NCBI GenBank assembly: GCA_903875605.1
Contig: CAIQWT010000050.1
Location: 34,494 to 98,493 of the forward strand
DNA length: 64,000 bases
Origin: an uncultured Geobacteraceae bacterium
Lineage (GTDB): Bacteria > Desulfobacterota > Desulfuromonadia > Geobacterales > Pseudopelobacteraceae
Reading direction: 5' to 3'
Below the pieces are notes generated by a model. That model was not told where the DNA came from. It saw nothing but the letters and a program-made list of their open reading frames with translations, and made no database searches. This document shows positions 1 through 8,442 of the stretch, one piece after another. A program made the translations under genes and the position numbers. The stretch's first letter is position 1. Every line of letters begins with the position of its first letter.

Positions 1-1196
1 CAGTTATCTGCTGTTACATCCTGTATCCCGCTTGCCCCTCCGATCACCTTGGCTTTTCCGCTGCCATATTTATAACTCCCACCGCACGATATTGAAGTAT
101 TCTTTGTGAAATAGCTTGCGGTTAAACTGCCGCCAAACATGTCGATGTGCTCATATTGATCTGTTGTATCATTAATTATTTTGGGTGTGTTTGAAAAATC
201 AGTAAAAAGGCCGCTGCGAATGGCCCAGTTTTTATTAAAGTAATACTCGGCGCCAATTGCTCCGTTAATAACTGCTTCGCGATTATTAACAGTGTTTACG
301 AGTGTGTAATCAAAGGCGGAATAGTAATTTATATCTCCAGAAAGAAGTAATGAACTATTCGGGAAAAAGGCAACTCCGGTGCTAACCTGATATGGATATT
401 TTCGCTTGTTTGTATAAGTATCAAACGTTCTTACCGGAAGAGTGGCTGTGTCTGAAGAAATAGTGGATTGAGTCAATATTTTTGAAGAGAGAATAACTGT
501 TTTTGAAAACGTCATACCAACAGATAGTTTGTCCATAGGAGCCCACATAATACCTACAATGGGCTTAACTCCCCATTCATCGCTTTCGGTGTACTGCCCT
601 TTCCAGACATACCCAGTTCCGGAATCTGATACGATTGAGTTGTTTAATATCGCTTCTGTACTGCGCTTATGAAGATACAATGTAGTCCCTACCGATAGTG
701 AATTATTCAACTGGACGGCTACTGAAGGGCCGAATAAATTTGTATCATTTTTATTGTTGAAATTAATTATGTGAGTAGCAGCAACATCAGAGCGAAGAAA
801 TTTCTGGTCCTGATCTTCCTGATTGCTGTCAGGTACGGCATAAGAAAAGCCGACTTTGAATTTGCCTATGGGTTGAATAATACCAAAGAAGTTAGGAAGT
901 AACGTTGCCGAAGTCCTTGTCCAATCCTGTCCACCGACGACACCCTTATAAGTTCTGTTTGAAACACTATAAGCGTTAACACTTGCTGAAAGATTCTTTC
1001 CGGTTGAGTAGGCGATCCCGGCCGGATTAAAATACATTCCGCCTGGATCATCCGAAACAGCTATGTAAGCTCCTCCCATCCCGGAAGCTCTGTCTCCAAT
1101 CAGAATATTATTGTAATGAAATTCATCTGCCCCTGAAATTGTCGCTAGCAAGATCAGTGCACAAACCAAAGCACCTTGAAGATTTATTTTTTTCAT
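1..1196 (-). CDS. Outer-membrane beta-barrel protein, FadL/PorV-like (C-terminal part cut off by window edge)
   Basis: It is missing from the ORF track because it runs off the window. Hand translation from the ATG at 1196 gives MKKINLQGALVCALILLATISGADEF (signal peptide). This is followed by GDRASGMGGAYIAVSDDPGGMYFNPAGIAYS, the Gly-rich N-terminal motif of FadL/OMPP1-type barrels. The frame stays open to position 1. It has an ATGA start/stop overlap with the upstream M48 gene. Confidence 0.6.
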   Translation of the reverse strand, partial: MKKINLQGALVCALILLATISGADEFHYNNILIGDRASGMGGAYIAVSDDPGGMYFNPAGIAYSTGKNLSASVNAYSVSNRTYKGVVGGQDWTRTSATLLPNFFGIIQPIGKFKVGFSYAVPDSNQEDQDQKFLRSDVAATHIINFNNKNDTNLFGPSVAVQLNNSLSVGTTLYLHKRSTEAILNNSIVSDSGTGYVWKGQYTESDEWGVKPIVGIMWAPMDKLSVGMTFSKTVILSSKILTQSTISSDTATLPVRTFDTYTNKRKYPYQVSTGVAFFPNSSLLLSGDINYYSAFDYTLVNTVNNREAVINGAIGAEYYFNKNWAIRSGLFTDFSNTPKIINDTTDQYEHIDMFGGSLTASYFTKNTSISCGGSYKYGSGKAKVIGGASGIQDVTADN

Positions 1197-2083
1197 GGGG
1201 TTCCTCCCGGGATCACATTGCGGATCAAGTCGAATGGATTAACACTGGCTTCTATCTTCATAGCTTTGGTAAAACGTTCCGTGTTCAAAGCCAGCTTCAT
1301 GCCGGAAATGCCTTCATCGGACATAGCGCGTTGAAGTGTTGCAAGGCGAACATCATAAACCGGGTAGGTCTTTCCGACACCGCTGTTAATTTTACCTATC
1401 TTGTCCAAAAAAGTAACGAGTCCGGAAGGATCATATCCGGAGAAAGCGCAGAGTATAACTGCATTGGCATCGGCCTGTATCTCGTCCTCTTTCTTGTAAC
1501 CATCCCGTAAAACTATATCTACAGCTTTATCTACTGCTTGGGAGAACGCGATTTCAGCAGATTTTGATGCACCGCCTAATAGAGCGGTAATAGAAGAAAC
1601 GGCTGATTTTTCTGCTCCCTTCAGACTTAATTCTTTTACAATATGACGTTCTGTTACATGAGCAATCTCATGGGCAAGTACGCCAGCCAGTTCAGCTTCA
1701 TTTTGCATTTTATCAAAGATTGCTGTTGTCACAAAGACATACCCGCCCGGTGTTGAATATGCGTTGATTTCTACACTTTCGATAACAACAAAATGAAAAG
1801 TCAGTTCTGGCCTGATACAATTTTGCGTCAAGGTTGTACCGACAAGATTTACATATTTTTGTAAATTTTCATTATCTGATAATTTGTACTGCCCAAGTAA
1901 ACGGGCTGCGATATCGCGACCAAATATCAGCTCTTCACTTGTGTCCGTGTCCGAATAAGAGTCCCGGTCTACAGCCGAAAAGCGCATTCTCCAATCTGGA
2001 GCTATACTTTCAGAGGCGCTAAGTGTTTGGGTATGAAGGGTGGAAATAATCACAAAAAATAAAATCAAGTATGAGTTTTTCAT
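1193..2083 (-). CDS. M48-family zinc metallopeptidase, exported
   Basis: HEIAH zinc motif (LAHEIAHVTERH) with a downstream E/D-rich ligand region (KKEDEIQAD). N-terminal signal peptide. Confidence 0.8.
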   Translation of the reverse strand: MKNSYLILFFVIISTLHTQTLSASESIAPDWRMRFSAVDRDSYSDTDTSEELIFGRDIAARLLGQYKLSDNENLQKYVNLVGTTLTQNCIRPELTFHFVVIESVEINAYSTPGGYVFVTTAIFDKMQNEAELAGVLAHEIAHVTERHIVKELSLKGAEKSAVSSITALLGGASKSAEIAFSQAVDKAVDIVLRDGYKKEDEIQADANAVILCAFSGYDPSGLVTFLDKIGKINSGVGKTYPVYDVRLATLQRAMSDEGISGMKLALNTERFTKAMKIEASVNPFDLIRNVIPGGTP

Positions 2084-2574
2084 AGTTTCCCCCCTTCCAT
2101 CTGGAATGATATGAGTTCATCCGGTGAGATTTTAAGGGCGTCAATCCTGTCTAGAGCTTCATAGTCACAACGCTCACCCTTCGTAATCCTCCCCCGGTCT
2201 TCATAAGTGAGGCCCTTTACGCCGGCGACAACAGAGTTAGTGGAGGATGAGCGCGCCCTGATATTCGGCTTGGATTCTGTTTTAGCGCTCTGAACAGCGT
2301 TCATACTAAGAGGCGGCGTCTTTGCTGTCTGAACCACAGGAATAAAGCCTTGAGTGCCCATATAAGAAAGCTTCACCCAGTTCCCCGACTTACCGGTTGA
2401 GGCAAAAGTAAAACCTGAATCTACCGATCCGATAACTGCAGAGGCTATTGTAGGTTTAGAATAAATTTTAACCCGGAAAGGCTGAACATAAAGATTTTCT
2501 TCAGCAGTAGCAAAGTTGTCAGGAATGGAAAGCAGCACACTAATCGGAAGGAGAATCAATAGCATTCGTTTCAT
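2080..2574 (-). CDS. Exported SH3b-like domain protein
   Basis: I preferred the start at MKRMLLILLPISVLL (GAGG about 10 nt upstream) over the longer track ORF that extends to 2616. It has a signal peptide and an SH3b-like pattern (SGNWVKLSYMGTQGFIP). Its stop overlaps the M48 start (ATGA). Confidence 0.5.
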   Translation of the reverse strand: MKRMLLILLPISVLLSIPDNFATAEENLYVQPFRVKIYSKPTIASAVIGSVDSGFTFASTGKSGNWVKLSYMGTQGFIPVVQTAKTPPLSMNAVQSAKTESKPNIRARSSSTNSVVAGVKGLTYEDRGRITKGERCDYEALDRIDALKISPDELISFQMEGGKL

Positions 2575-2710
2575 ACTGAGTACCTCGCTTGATGAGAGTA
2601 TTTGGCTCAGATACAATAAATAAACACCGTTGTAAAAATACCATGGTATCGAAAAAAGTCAAAGAAGAGAGATGTTAATTATATTAACTAATTCCTCCAT
2701 GATTCATTTG

Positions 2711-4864
2711 TCAATTATTAGAGTCGTACGGAATAGCAGCAGAGTCACTGCAGGCATTTGTTCTTTGACTTAAAAAAACACTCCAGCATATGCTGAATAA
2801 AATAAAAAGCGCCAGTGTCATGAACGGGTATTGGATTAGCAGCACCAGTGGTGTTATTGCCCATCGGGAAATTACACGTAAAAACTCGTACTTAACTATT
2901 AAATGAGCAACTGGTGGACTTAATTGATAGTAGAACCGGACACAAGCCCTACCCGGTCGATTGGTAAGAAGTGATTTATCACGAAAATTACGGAGAATCT
3001 GAACTTTTGGATGCAGATAACTTCCGTAGGCAGCGGTAGCAATAAAACATCCGCCTCCGCTTGACGGTGTGGAAACAGTAGCAGTGGCACTGCTTGTTAC
3101 TGTATTGCCGTTGCTATCGGTTATTCTTACGTTGACGTTATAAGCCCCTGCAGCGTCGAATGTATGAGAAAAGTTGGAGGTAATTCCCTGGTATTCTTTA
3201 AATACGTTGTCACCAGTATCCCATTCGTATTTAATTATGGGTACGCCTGACAATACTTCCGCATTAAACTCCGCAGTAAATGGTGCCGTTCCTGAAGCAG
3301 TTGAGGGTGTAAGTTTAACTGTAGGCAGAACCGTTATCGGAAAACCACTCCCTTGTCCGTTAACCTGTATGATTCCATTACTGGAATTTTGAGGAATTTG
3401 GGCCGAAATTTCTGTATCATTCCAAGATGAAACGGGAAGTCTTATTCCGCCTAGGGTTATGCTGCTTGGGGTGATTCCGAAGTTAACCCCTTTAACCGTA
3501 ACTGTTCCTCCGTTCCAGTTAAGCTGAAATGGATAAACATCAAAGATTGTTGATATATCCTGTGATTTCAAGGCTTTTTCAAGATTCAACCTACCACCTG
3601 AAATTGTAGTTTCTGTAAAAGCAGGAACTCTATCCACGCTGTTTAAAATTCGTGCTTTTACCTGAACAGCCGTCAGGCTTGGGTAAATGTTCCATAGCAA
3701 AGCGGCTGCACCGGTTACATGTGGCACAGCCATTGAAGTTCCGGCTGTGGTGCGGTACAGGGTTGTTCCACTATTTAGCCAAACAGTACTTAATATTGCA
3801 TTGGCAGAACCAGTTGTACTCCCTCCTGGAGCAGCAATATCCACCGTGTGCCGTCCGTAATCAGAATAATAGGGGAGTCCATCCGTAAAACTTGATGCGG
3901 CAACGGCAATATTGTTACTGGATTTTATTGAAGCGGGATACACTCGATATATATCCAGATTTTTACCAGTATTTCCAGCGGCAGAAATCATGAGAGCACC
4001 GGCATTCTCGACGGCCCGCGCAGCATCACGAAGAGACTGTGAGTCTTCATCGACTTCAAAGCTCATGTTAATAATCTTTGCACCATTGGCGAGAGCATAC
4101 TCCACGCCACGAAGTGCGTCGGCCAACTCACCCATGCCTTCAGGGCCATGCAGGAACTTGACGGCCATAATTCTGGCGGCCCAGTTAACTCCCGTTATTC
4201 CTAACTCATTATTTCCTACCGCCCCGATGATTCCTGATACATGAGTGCCGTGACTATCTGCAGTGTCGTCATCCCAAGGATCTCCAAGAGTAAATCCACC
4301 AAAATTTGCGCCATAACAGTCATCAATTATTCCATTACCGTCGTTGTCCAGTCCATCGCCGCATATTTCTCCTGGGTTGATCCAAAGATTTGCGGCAAGA
4401 TCGGGATGGTAGTAGGCGATACCTGTATCTAGAACTGCCACCAGAACTGAGCTTTTCTCCCTGCTACCGACAGAAACATCCCATGCAGCTGGCGCAGAGA
4501 TAATTGGCAGACTCCACTGACGCGAGAATTCAGTATCGCCTGGAACCTGAGCTTTTCGCACGATGTAGTTCGGTTCTGCGTACAGGACATTTGGGTCTTT
4601 TCTGTAACTTGCCAATGCATCTTGAACAGTTAACCCAAGTGGCAGCTTTATGTGATGTAGTGGAAAATGCTTGAATTTCTTCAGGAGGGAGGATTTGCTG
4701 GCGGTTATGTTTTTAGAGGCTAACGCCTGATCCTTGAAACGAACAATCAGTTCACCCGGTTTGTAATGAAGGACAGGAGTAATACGATCTGCGATGGAGG
4801 ATGCCTCTGTTGCAATTACACAGATCATCAATAGTATAAGCAACAGTTTGGCAAATTGCTTCAT
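2711..4864 (-). CDS. Subtilisin-like serine protease (S8) with IPT/PKD-like Ig domains and a [10 protein letters not shown]-type C-terminal membrane anchor
   Basis: Catalytic motifs VAVLDTGI (Asp), HGTHVSGI (His), AAGN and [11 protein letters not shown] (Ser). A PKD-like segment ([10 protein letters not shown]...YEWDTGD...[18 protein letters not shown]). The C-terminal 112 aa begin [25 protein letters not shown] and are followed by hydrophobic helices. The start was chosen at [12 protein letters not shown] (signal peptide). Confidence 0.85.
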   Translation of the reverse strand: MKQFAKLLLILLMICVIATEASSIADRITPVLHYKPGELIVRFKDQALASKNITASKSSLLKKFKHFPLHHIKLPLGLTVQDALASYRKDPNVLYAEPNYIVRKAQVPGDTEFSRQWSLPIISAPAAWDVSVGSREKSSVLVAVLDTGIAYYHPDLAANLWINPGEICGDGLDNDGNGIIDDCYGANFGGFTLGDPWDDDTADSHGTHVSGIIGAVGNNELGITGVNWAARIMAVKFLHGPEGMGELADALRGVEYALANGAKIINMSFEVDEDSQSLRDAARAVENAGALMISAAGNTGKNLDIYRVYPASIKSSNNIAVAASSFTDGLPYYSDYGRHTVDIAAPGGSTTGSANAILSTVWLNSGTTLYRTTAGTSMAVPHVTGAAALLWNIYPSLTAVQVKARILNSVDRVPAFTETTISGGRLNLEKALKSQDISTIFDVYPFQLNWNGGTVTVKGVNFGITPSSITLGGIRLPVSSWNDTEISAQIPQNSSNGIIQVNGQGSGFPITVLPTVKLTPSTASGTAPFTAEFNAEVLSGVPIIKYEWDTGDNVFKEYQGITSNFSHTFDAAGAYNVNVRITDSNGNTVTSSATATVSTPSSGGGCFIATAAYGSYLHPKVQILRNFRDKSLLTNRPGRACVRFYYQLSPPVAHLIVKYEFLRVISRWAITPLVLLIQYPFMTLALFILFSICWSVFLSQRTNACSDSAAIPYDSNN

Positions 4865-4917
4865 CCCAGGTCCCCAGAAATAAAATATCAACGAAAAATG
4901 TTATTGCATGTTTGCGG

Positions 4918-4951
4918 TGAAAAATAAAGGGGCAGCTTCCGCCGCCCCTTT
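4918..4951 (-). terminator. Rho-independent terminator after the 520-aa lipoprotein gene
   Basis: On the minus strand: GGGGCGGC-GGAA-GCTGCCCC, then TTTATTTTTC. Confidence 0.6.
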
Positions 4952-4974
4952 CCATGCAATCTTTCTTTCATAAG

Positions 4975-6537
4975 CTACTTGGCACGGGTAACTGTTGTAC
5001 TTCCGTTTGCAGTAAACGGGTAAACATAAGCCGAGCCTGTTTGAGTAGTTTCGGCCCAGAAATTAAGCTTAAACGAGCCGTAATTTATAGATGTTTTAGT
5101 AGCACTTTTCACCGCTCTAAAATTATATGGATAAAATATATCTCCACTTGCCGGAAGTTGCTGCAGGCAGATATTTGTTGAGTAATTCCATTGTTGGCAG
5201 TAATCCCCAAGATTGGTTGTATTTGTGGGCGTCAGTCCATATGAGTAATCACCGGAATCCGTAACTGGTAGGCCTGTGAGAGGATTATAGGTGCTACTTA
5301 AAGATGGATAATTGTTATAACAAACTCTGCCTCCAAGCAGTACCTTGCCGGCAGAAGAATTGTTGGCAAATGACCAGGAACCACGATTCTGTGGATTTTT
5401 ATCAGCACAGACAATTGTTTCAGGGGACTTGGTTGTAATATTTAAATAAGCTGTATTGGTTGATTGATTAGAGGCTAAGGCTGCAGTAGCGCTCTTAGCT
5501 ACCTTTGCTGTTACAGAAGTGGCTAGGGTCGTGATCCTGTTTGTAGCAGGTAACCATTCAATAATACCTCCGGTTATAACATTTCCCCCCGAAACAATTG
5601 TATCGGGTAATACACTCATGAGATCAAGGACTTGACCATTCATGCTGAATGTTGTTTGACCCTTGCTGGGAAGAAGGTCCTGTGCAGATCCGAAAAGATA
5701 AATCTCGTAAATGCTTCCGCTCTGCTGACTCCCGTTACCAACATCTTTACCGCTTATCATTATAATCTGATCACCAATTCCTTCATCGCATGGAAGGCCA
5801 TAATAATATGATAAGTCGCATTTCTTTGACAGATTATACGAACTGCTGTCAATAATCGTGCTGTTAGCAGTTCCTATAAACTGGGAAGCCATGCCTGCTG
5901 AAGTTCGAACACTTGTATTGTTATTGAAGCGAAGCCTGATAGTAGAACTTCCCCCACCAACAGGTTTGGTATAGTCAATTGAACTTTTTGTCAACTGAGT
6001 TGAGTAAATGTCACTATTAACGATAAAGTCGTTGAGTTGAGTACCGTTACTCAGCACAATTGGTGATACAAGTGTCCACTGACCATTCATAAATGTGAGG
6101 ACAATTGTATTTGACTGCCCCGATTTTATTTCACCACCCGTTATGGACTGGCCAACCATTACGCGTGTGGCTATATCTGTAGAGCTGTAAGCCCTTGCAT
6201 TTATCATATATGTTCCAGGGTTTATCTGCACCGTTTTGCTCGCCACCGCAGGGGTAAGAGTCGCAATCAGGGTGCCGTTTGGATTTGGATTAATTGGATC
6301 TAAAACATATGGCATGGAAAGAGCATAAACCTCGATCACCTGAGCATTGTCAGGAATCAGACTTTTTACTGCACCATCAGTTGTGGGAAATCTGGCTGCA
6401 ATTGTAACACTTGTCAACTTGGCCACCTGATTCTGTTCTGATAAGGCTGTGCCTGAGTCCGTTGAACCACATCCGAAAAGAGTTGCAACAACATACAGTG
6501 CAAAGAGTGACAATATTGTATATTTTATCCGTGTCAT
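4975..6537 (-). CDS. Cys-rich lipoprotein of unknown function (paralog A)
   Basis: Lipobox LFGC|GS and a strong SD (AAGGAGGAAC). It aligns along its length with the next gene. Shared blocks include IVLSNGTQL, SIDY.KP.GGGS, RLRF.NNTS, YN.SKKC, YYGLPC, GDQI.MI.GKD, NRGSWSFA, GKVLLGGRVCY.NYP, GDYSYGL, LGDYCQQW, CLQQLPA.GDI, NFRAVKS..KTSINYGSFK.NFW. Confidence 0.75.
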   Translation of the reverse strand: MTRIKYTILSLFALYVVATLFGCGSTDSGTALSEQNQVAKLTSVTIAARFPTTDGAVKSLIPDNAQVIEVYALSMPYVLDPINPNPNGTLIATLTPAVASKTVQINPGTYMINARAYSSTDIATRVMVGQSITGGEIKSGQSNTIVLTFMNGQWTLVSPIVLSNGTQLNDFIVNSDIYSTQLTKSSIDYTKPVGGGSSTIRLRFNNNTSVRTSAGMASQFIGTANSTIIDSSSYNLSKKCDLSYYYGLPCDEGIGDQIIMISGKDVGNGSQQSGSIYEIYLFGSAQDLLPSKGQTTFSMNGQVLDLMSVLPDTIVSGGNVITGGIIEWLPATNRITTLATSVTAKVAKSATAALASNQSTNTAYLNITTKSPETIVCADKNPQNRGSWSFANNSSAGKVLLGGRVCYNNYPSLSSTYNPLTGLPVTDSGDYSYGLTPTNTTNLGDYCQQWNYSTNICLQQLPASGDIFYPYNFRAVKSATKTSINYGSFKLNFWAETTQTGSAYVYPFTANGSTTVTRAK

Positions 6538-6571
6538 GGAGAGTTCCTCCTTTTATCAATAAGTTTGTATA

Positions 6572-8407
6572 TTACTGGATAACTACGCTTGTGCCTTCAG
6601 ATACGGACAATGTCCTGCTTAAAGTATTTACTTTCAAACCATCACTGGCACTGAACTTTAAGACAACTGACGTCGCTGCAGTGGGAGGAGTATAAGCACA
6701 AGTGCTGCTGATAGTTCCAGTGCCTGTCCCACTGCATCCAGTCCCCAGTGTGCCACCTCCACTGACAATCGACCAGCTCCATGTGACACTGTCACTGTTT
6801 GGATCAAAAGCAGAGGCGGTTAAGGTCGTTGTAGTAGTACCAGTTGGAATCAAAGCGGGAACACTGATACTTGTAATAATCGGTGCAGCCGGTGCAGACT
6901 TTATAGTGGTACTCCCTTTAGCCCTGAATGGGTAAATATACGCGGAGCCGCTTTGCGTCGATTCGCCCCAAAAGTTAAACTTGAAGGAACCATAATTAAT
7001 TGAGGTTTTTACGCTGCTTTTTACTGCTCTGAAATTCCACGGCTGATATATATCCCCGGTTGCAGGGAGTTGCTGCAGGCATGTGTTATTCGTATAATCC
7101 CATTGCTGACAGTAATCTCCCAGGCTGCTGCCTGAAGGAAGCAGGCCATAAGAGTAGTCACCCGAATTTACCACTGGATATCCATTTAACTGGGGATAAT
7201 TGGTATAACAAACCCTGCCTCCAAGCAGCACCTTTCCTACTGAAGTATAGCTGGCAAATGACCATGATCCACGGTTACGAGGATTTGTACCGGAACAGAC
7301 TATAGCTCTTGATTCTTTAACCGCAATATTTGTATACGGGATGTTAGCGGATTGAGCATTCACGGTTTTAGCACTCATAGTTACCTTTGGGAGCGTCAGA
7401 GTGCCAAGTACAGTAGTTTTGTCAGTAGAGGGTTTCCATTCCACAATTCCACCGGTTATAACGCTGCCGCTTGTAATGGTAGTAGCAGGCAGGGCGGCCA
7501 TAAGATCGAAAGCCGCTCCGTTTTGTGTAAATGAAGATTTACCGCCATTTGCCAGTAAAGTTTCAGCAGATCCGGTAAGAATAGTTCCATCATAAGAGCT
7601 GCTGGCACCATCATCCTTGCCGCCTATCATCACTATTTGATCCCCTGCGCCATCGACACAAGGAAGGCCATAGTAACTATCAAAACCACATTTTTTGGAA
7701 ATATTGTAACTGCCGCTACTCAAAGTACTGCTATTTGAGCTACCGACAAACTGGGAAACAAAACCTCCTTGAGTTCGAGCACTTGTATTGTTGTCAAAAC
7801 GAAGACGTACCAAGCCACTGCCACCGCCAAACGGTTTAGAGTAGTCGATAGAGCTCTTAACAGCCACCGTTGCCTGGGCTCCACCACCACCGGCAATAAT
7901 GAAGTCAACAAGTTGCGTACCGTTACTCAACACAATAGGTGAAGGGGTGTCACTTGCATCAACAAGTGTCCATTGACCGTCAAGGAAAGTAAGGTTCACG
8001 TTGTTCGTTACTCCAACCTGCACCTCGCCGCCGGTAGCAGTGCGCCCCAATATATTGCGCGTTGTGGCCGTTGAGTCGTAAGCAGTGGCATAAATCATAT
8101 ACATACCTGATCCCATTTTGACTGTGATAGTCGGTGCTGCAGCTGTTAATGTAGCAATAAGAACAGGTATATTCTGAGTGCCGGGTTGAGAAGCAATCAC
8201 CTCAATCACCTGTGTTCCTGCAGGTAACAGGCTCTTTACTACTTCACCAGAAGCAGGAAATCTTGCCGAGATAGTTACATCCGCTTTGGTTGCCGAGGTC
8301 TGGCCAACAGTGGCAAGACCCGTTTCTGTAGAACCGCACCCCGAAAGAGAAGCGGTAACTACGGTCATGGCAACGGCTATCAATAATAAGTATATTCTCT
8401 GTGACAT
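6572..8407 (-). CDS. Cys-rich lipoprotein of unknown function (paralog B) with an extra C-terminal Ig-like domain
   Basis: The start was chosen at MSQRIYLLLIAV (SD AAGGAGGAAC 8 nt upstream); the track ORF extends to 8443. Lipobox LSGC|GS. It is paralogous to 4975..6537 and carries an extra tail containing SAFDPNSDSVTWSWS. Confidence 0.75.
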   Translation of the reverse strand: MSQRIYLLLIAVAMTVVTASLSGCGSTETGLATVGQTSATKADVTISARFPASGEVVKSLLPAGTQVIEVIASQPGTQNIPVLIATLTAAAPTITVKMGSGMYMIYATAYDSTATTRNILGRTATGGEVQVGVTNNVNLTFLDGQWTLVDASDTPSPIVLSNGTQLVDFIIAGGGGAQATVAVKSSIDYSKPFGGGSGLVRLRFDNNTSARTQGGFVSQFVGSSNSSTLSSGSYNISKKCGFDSYYGLPCVDGAGDQIVMIGGKDDGASSSYDGTILTGSAETLLANGGKSSFTQNGAAFDLMAALPATTITSGSVITGGIVEWKPSTDKTTVLGTLTLPKVTMSAKTVNAQSANIPYTNIAVKESRAIVCSGTNPRNRGSWSFASYTSVGKVLLGGRVCYTNYPQLNGYPVVNSGDYSYGLLPSGSSLGDYCQQWDYTNNTCLQQLPATGDIYQPWNFRAVKSSVKTSINYGSFKFNFWGESTQSGSAYIYPFRAKGSTTIKSAPAAPIITSISVPALIPTGTTTTTLTASAFDPNSDSVTWSWSIVSGGGTLGTGCSGTGTGTISSTCAYTPPTAATSVVLKFSASDGLKVNTLSRTLSVSEGTSVVIQ

Positions 8408-8442
8408 GGAGTGTTCCTCCTTATTCTTATGAATAGATATCA

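Noticed and set aside
2637-2650. A perfect 12-bp palindrome (ATACCATGGTAT) between the S8 protease and SH3b genes, considered as a terminator or operator.
   Set aside because: It is too short and has no loop, so it cannot form a stable terminator hairpin. A single occurrence gives no evidence for a binding site.
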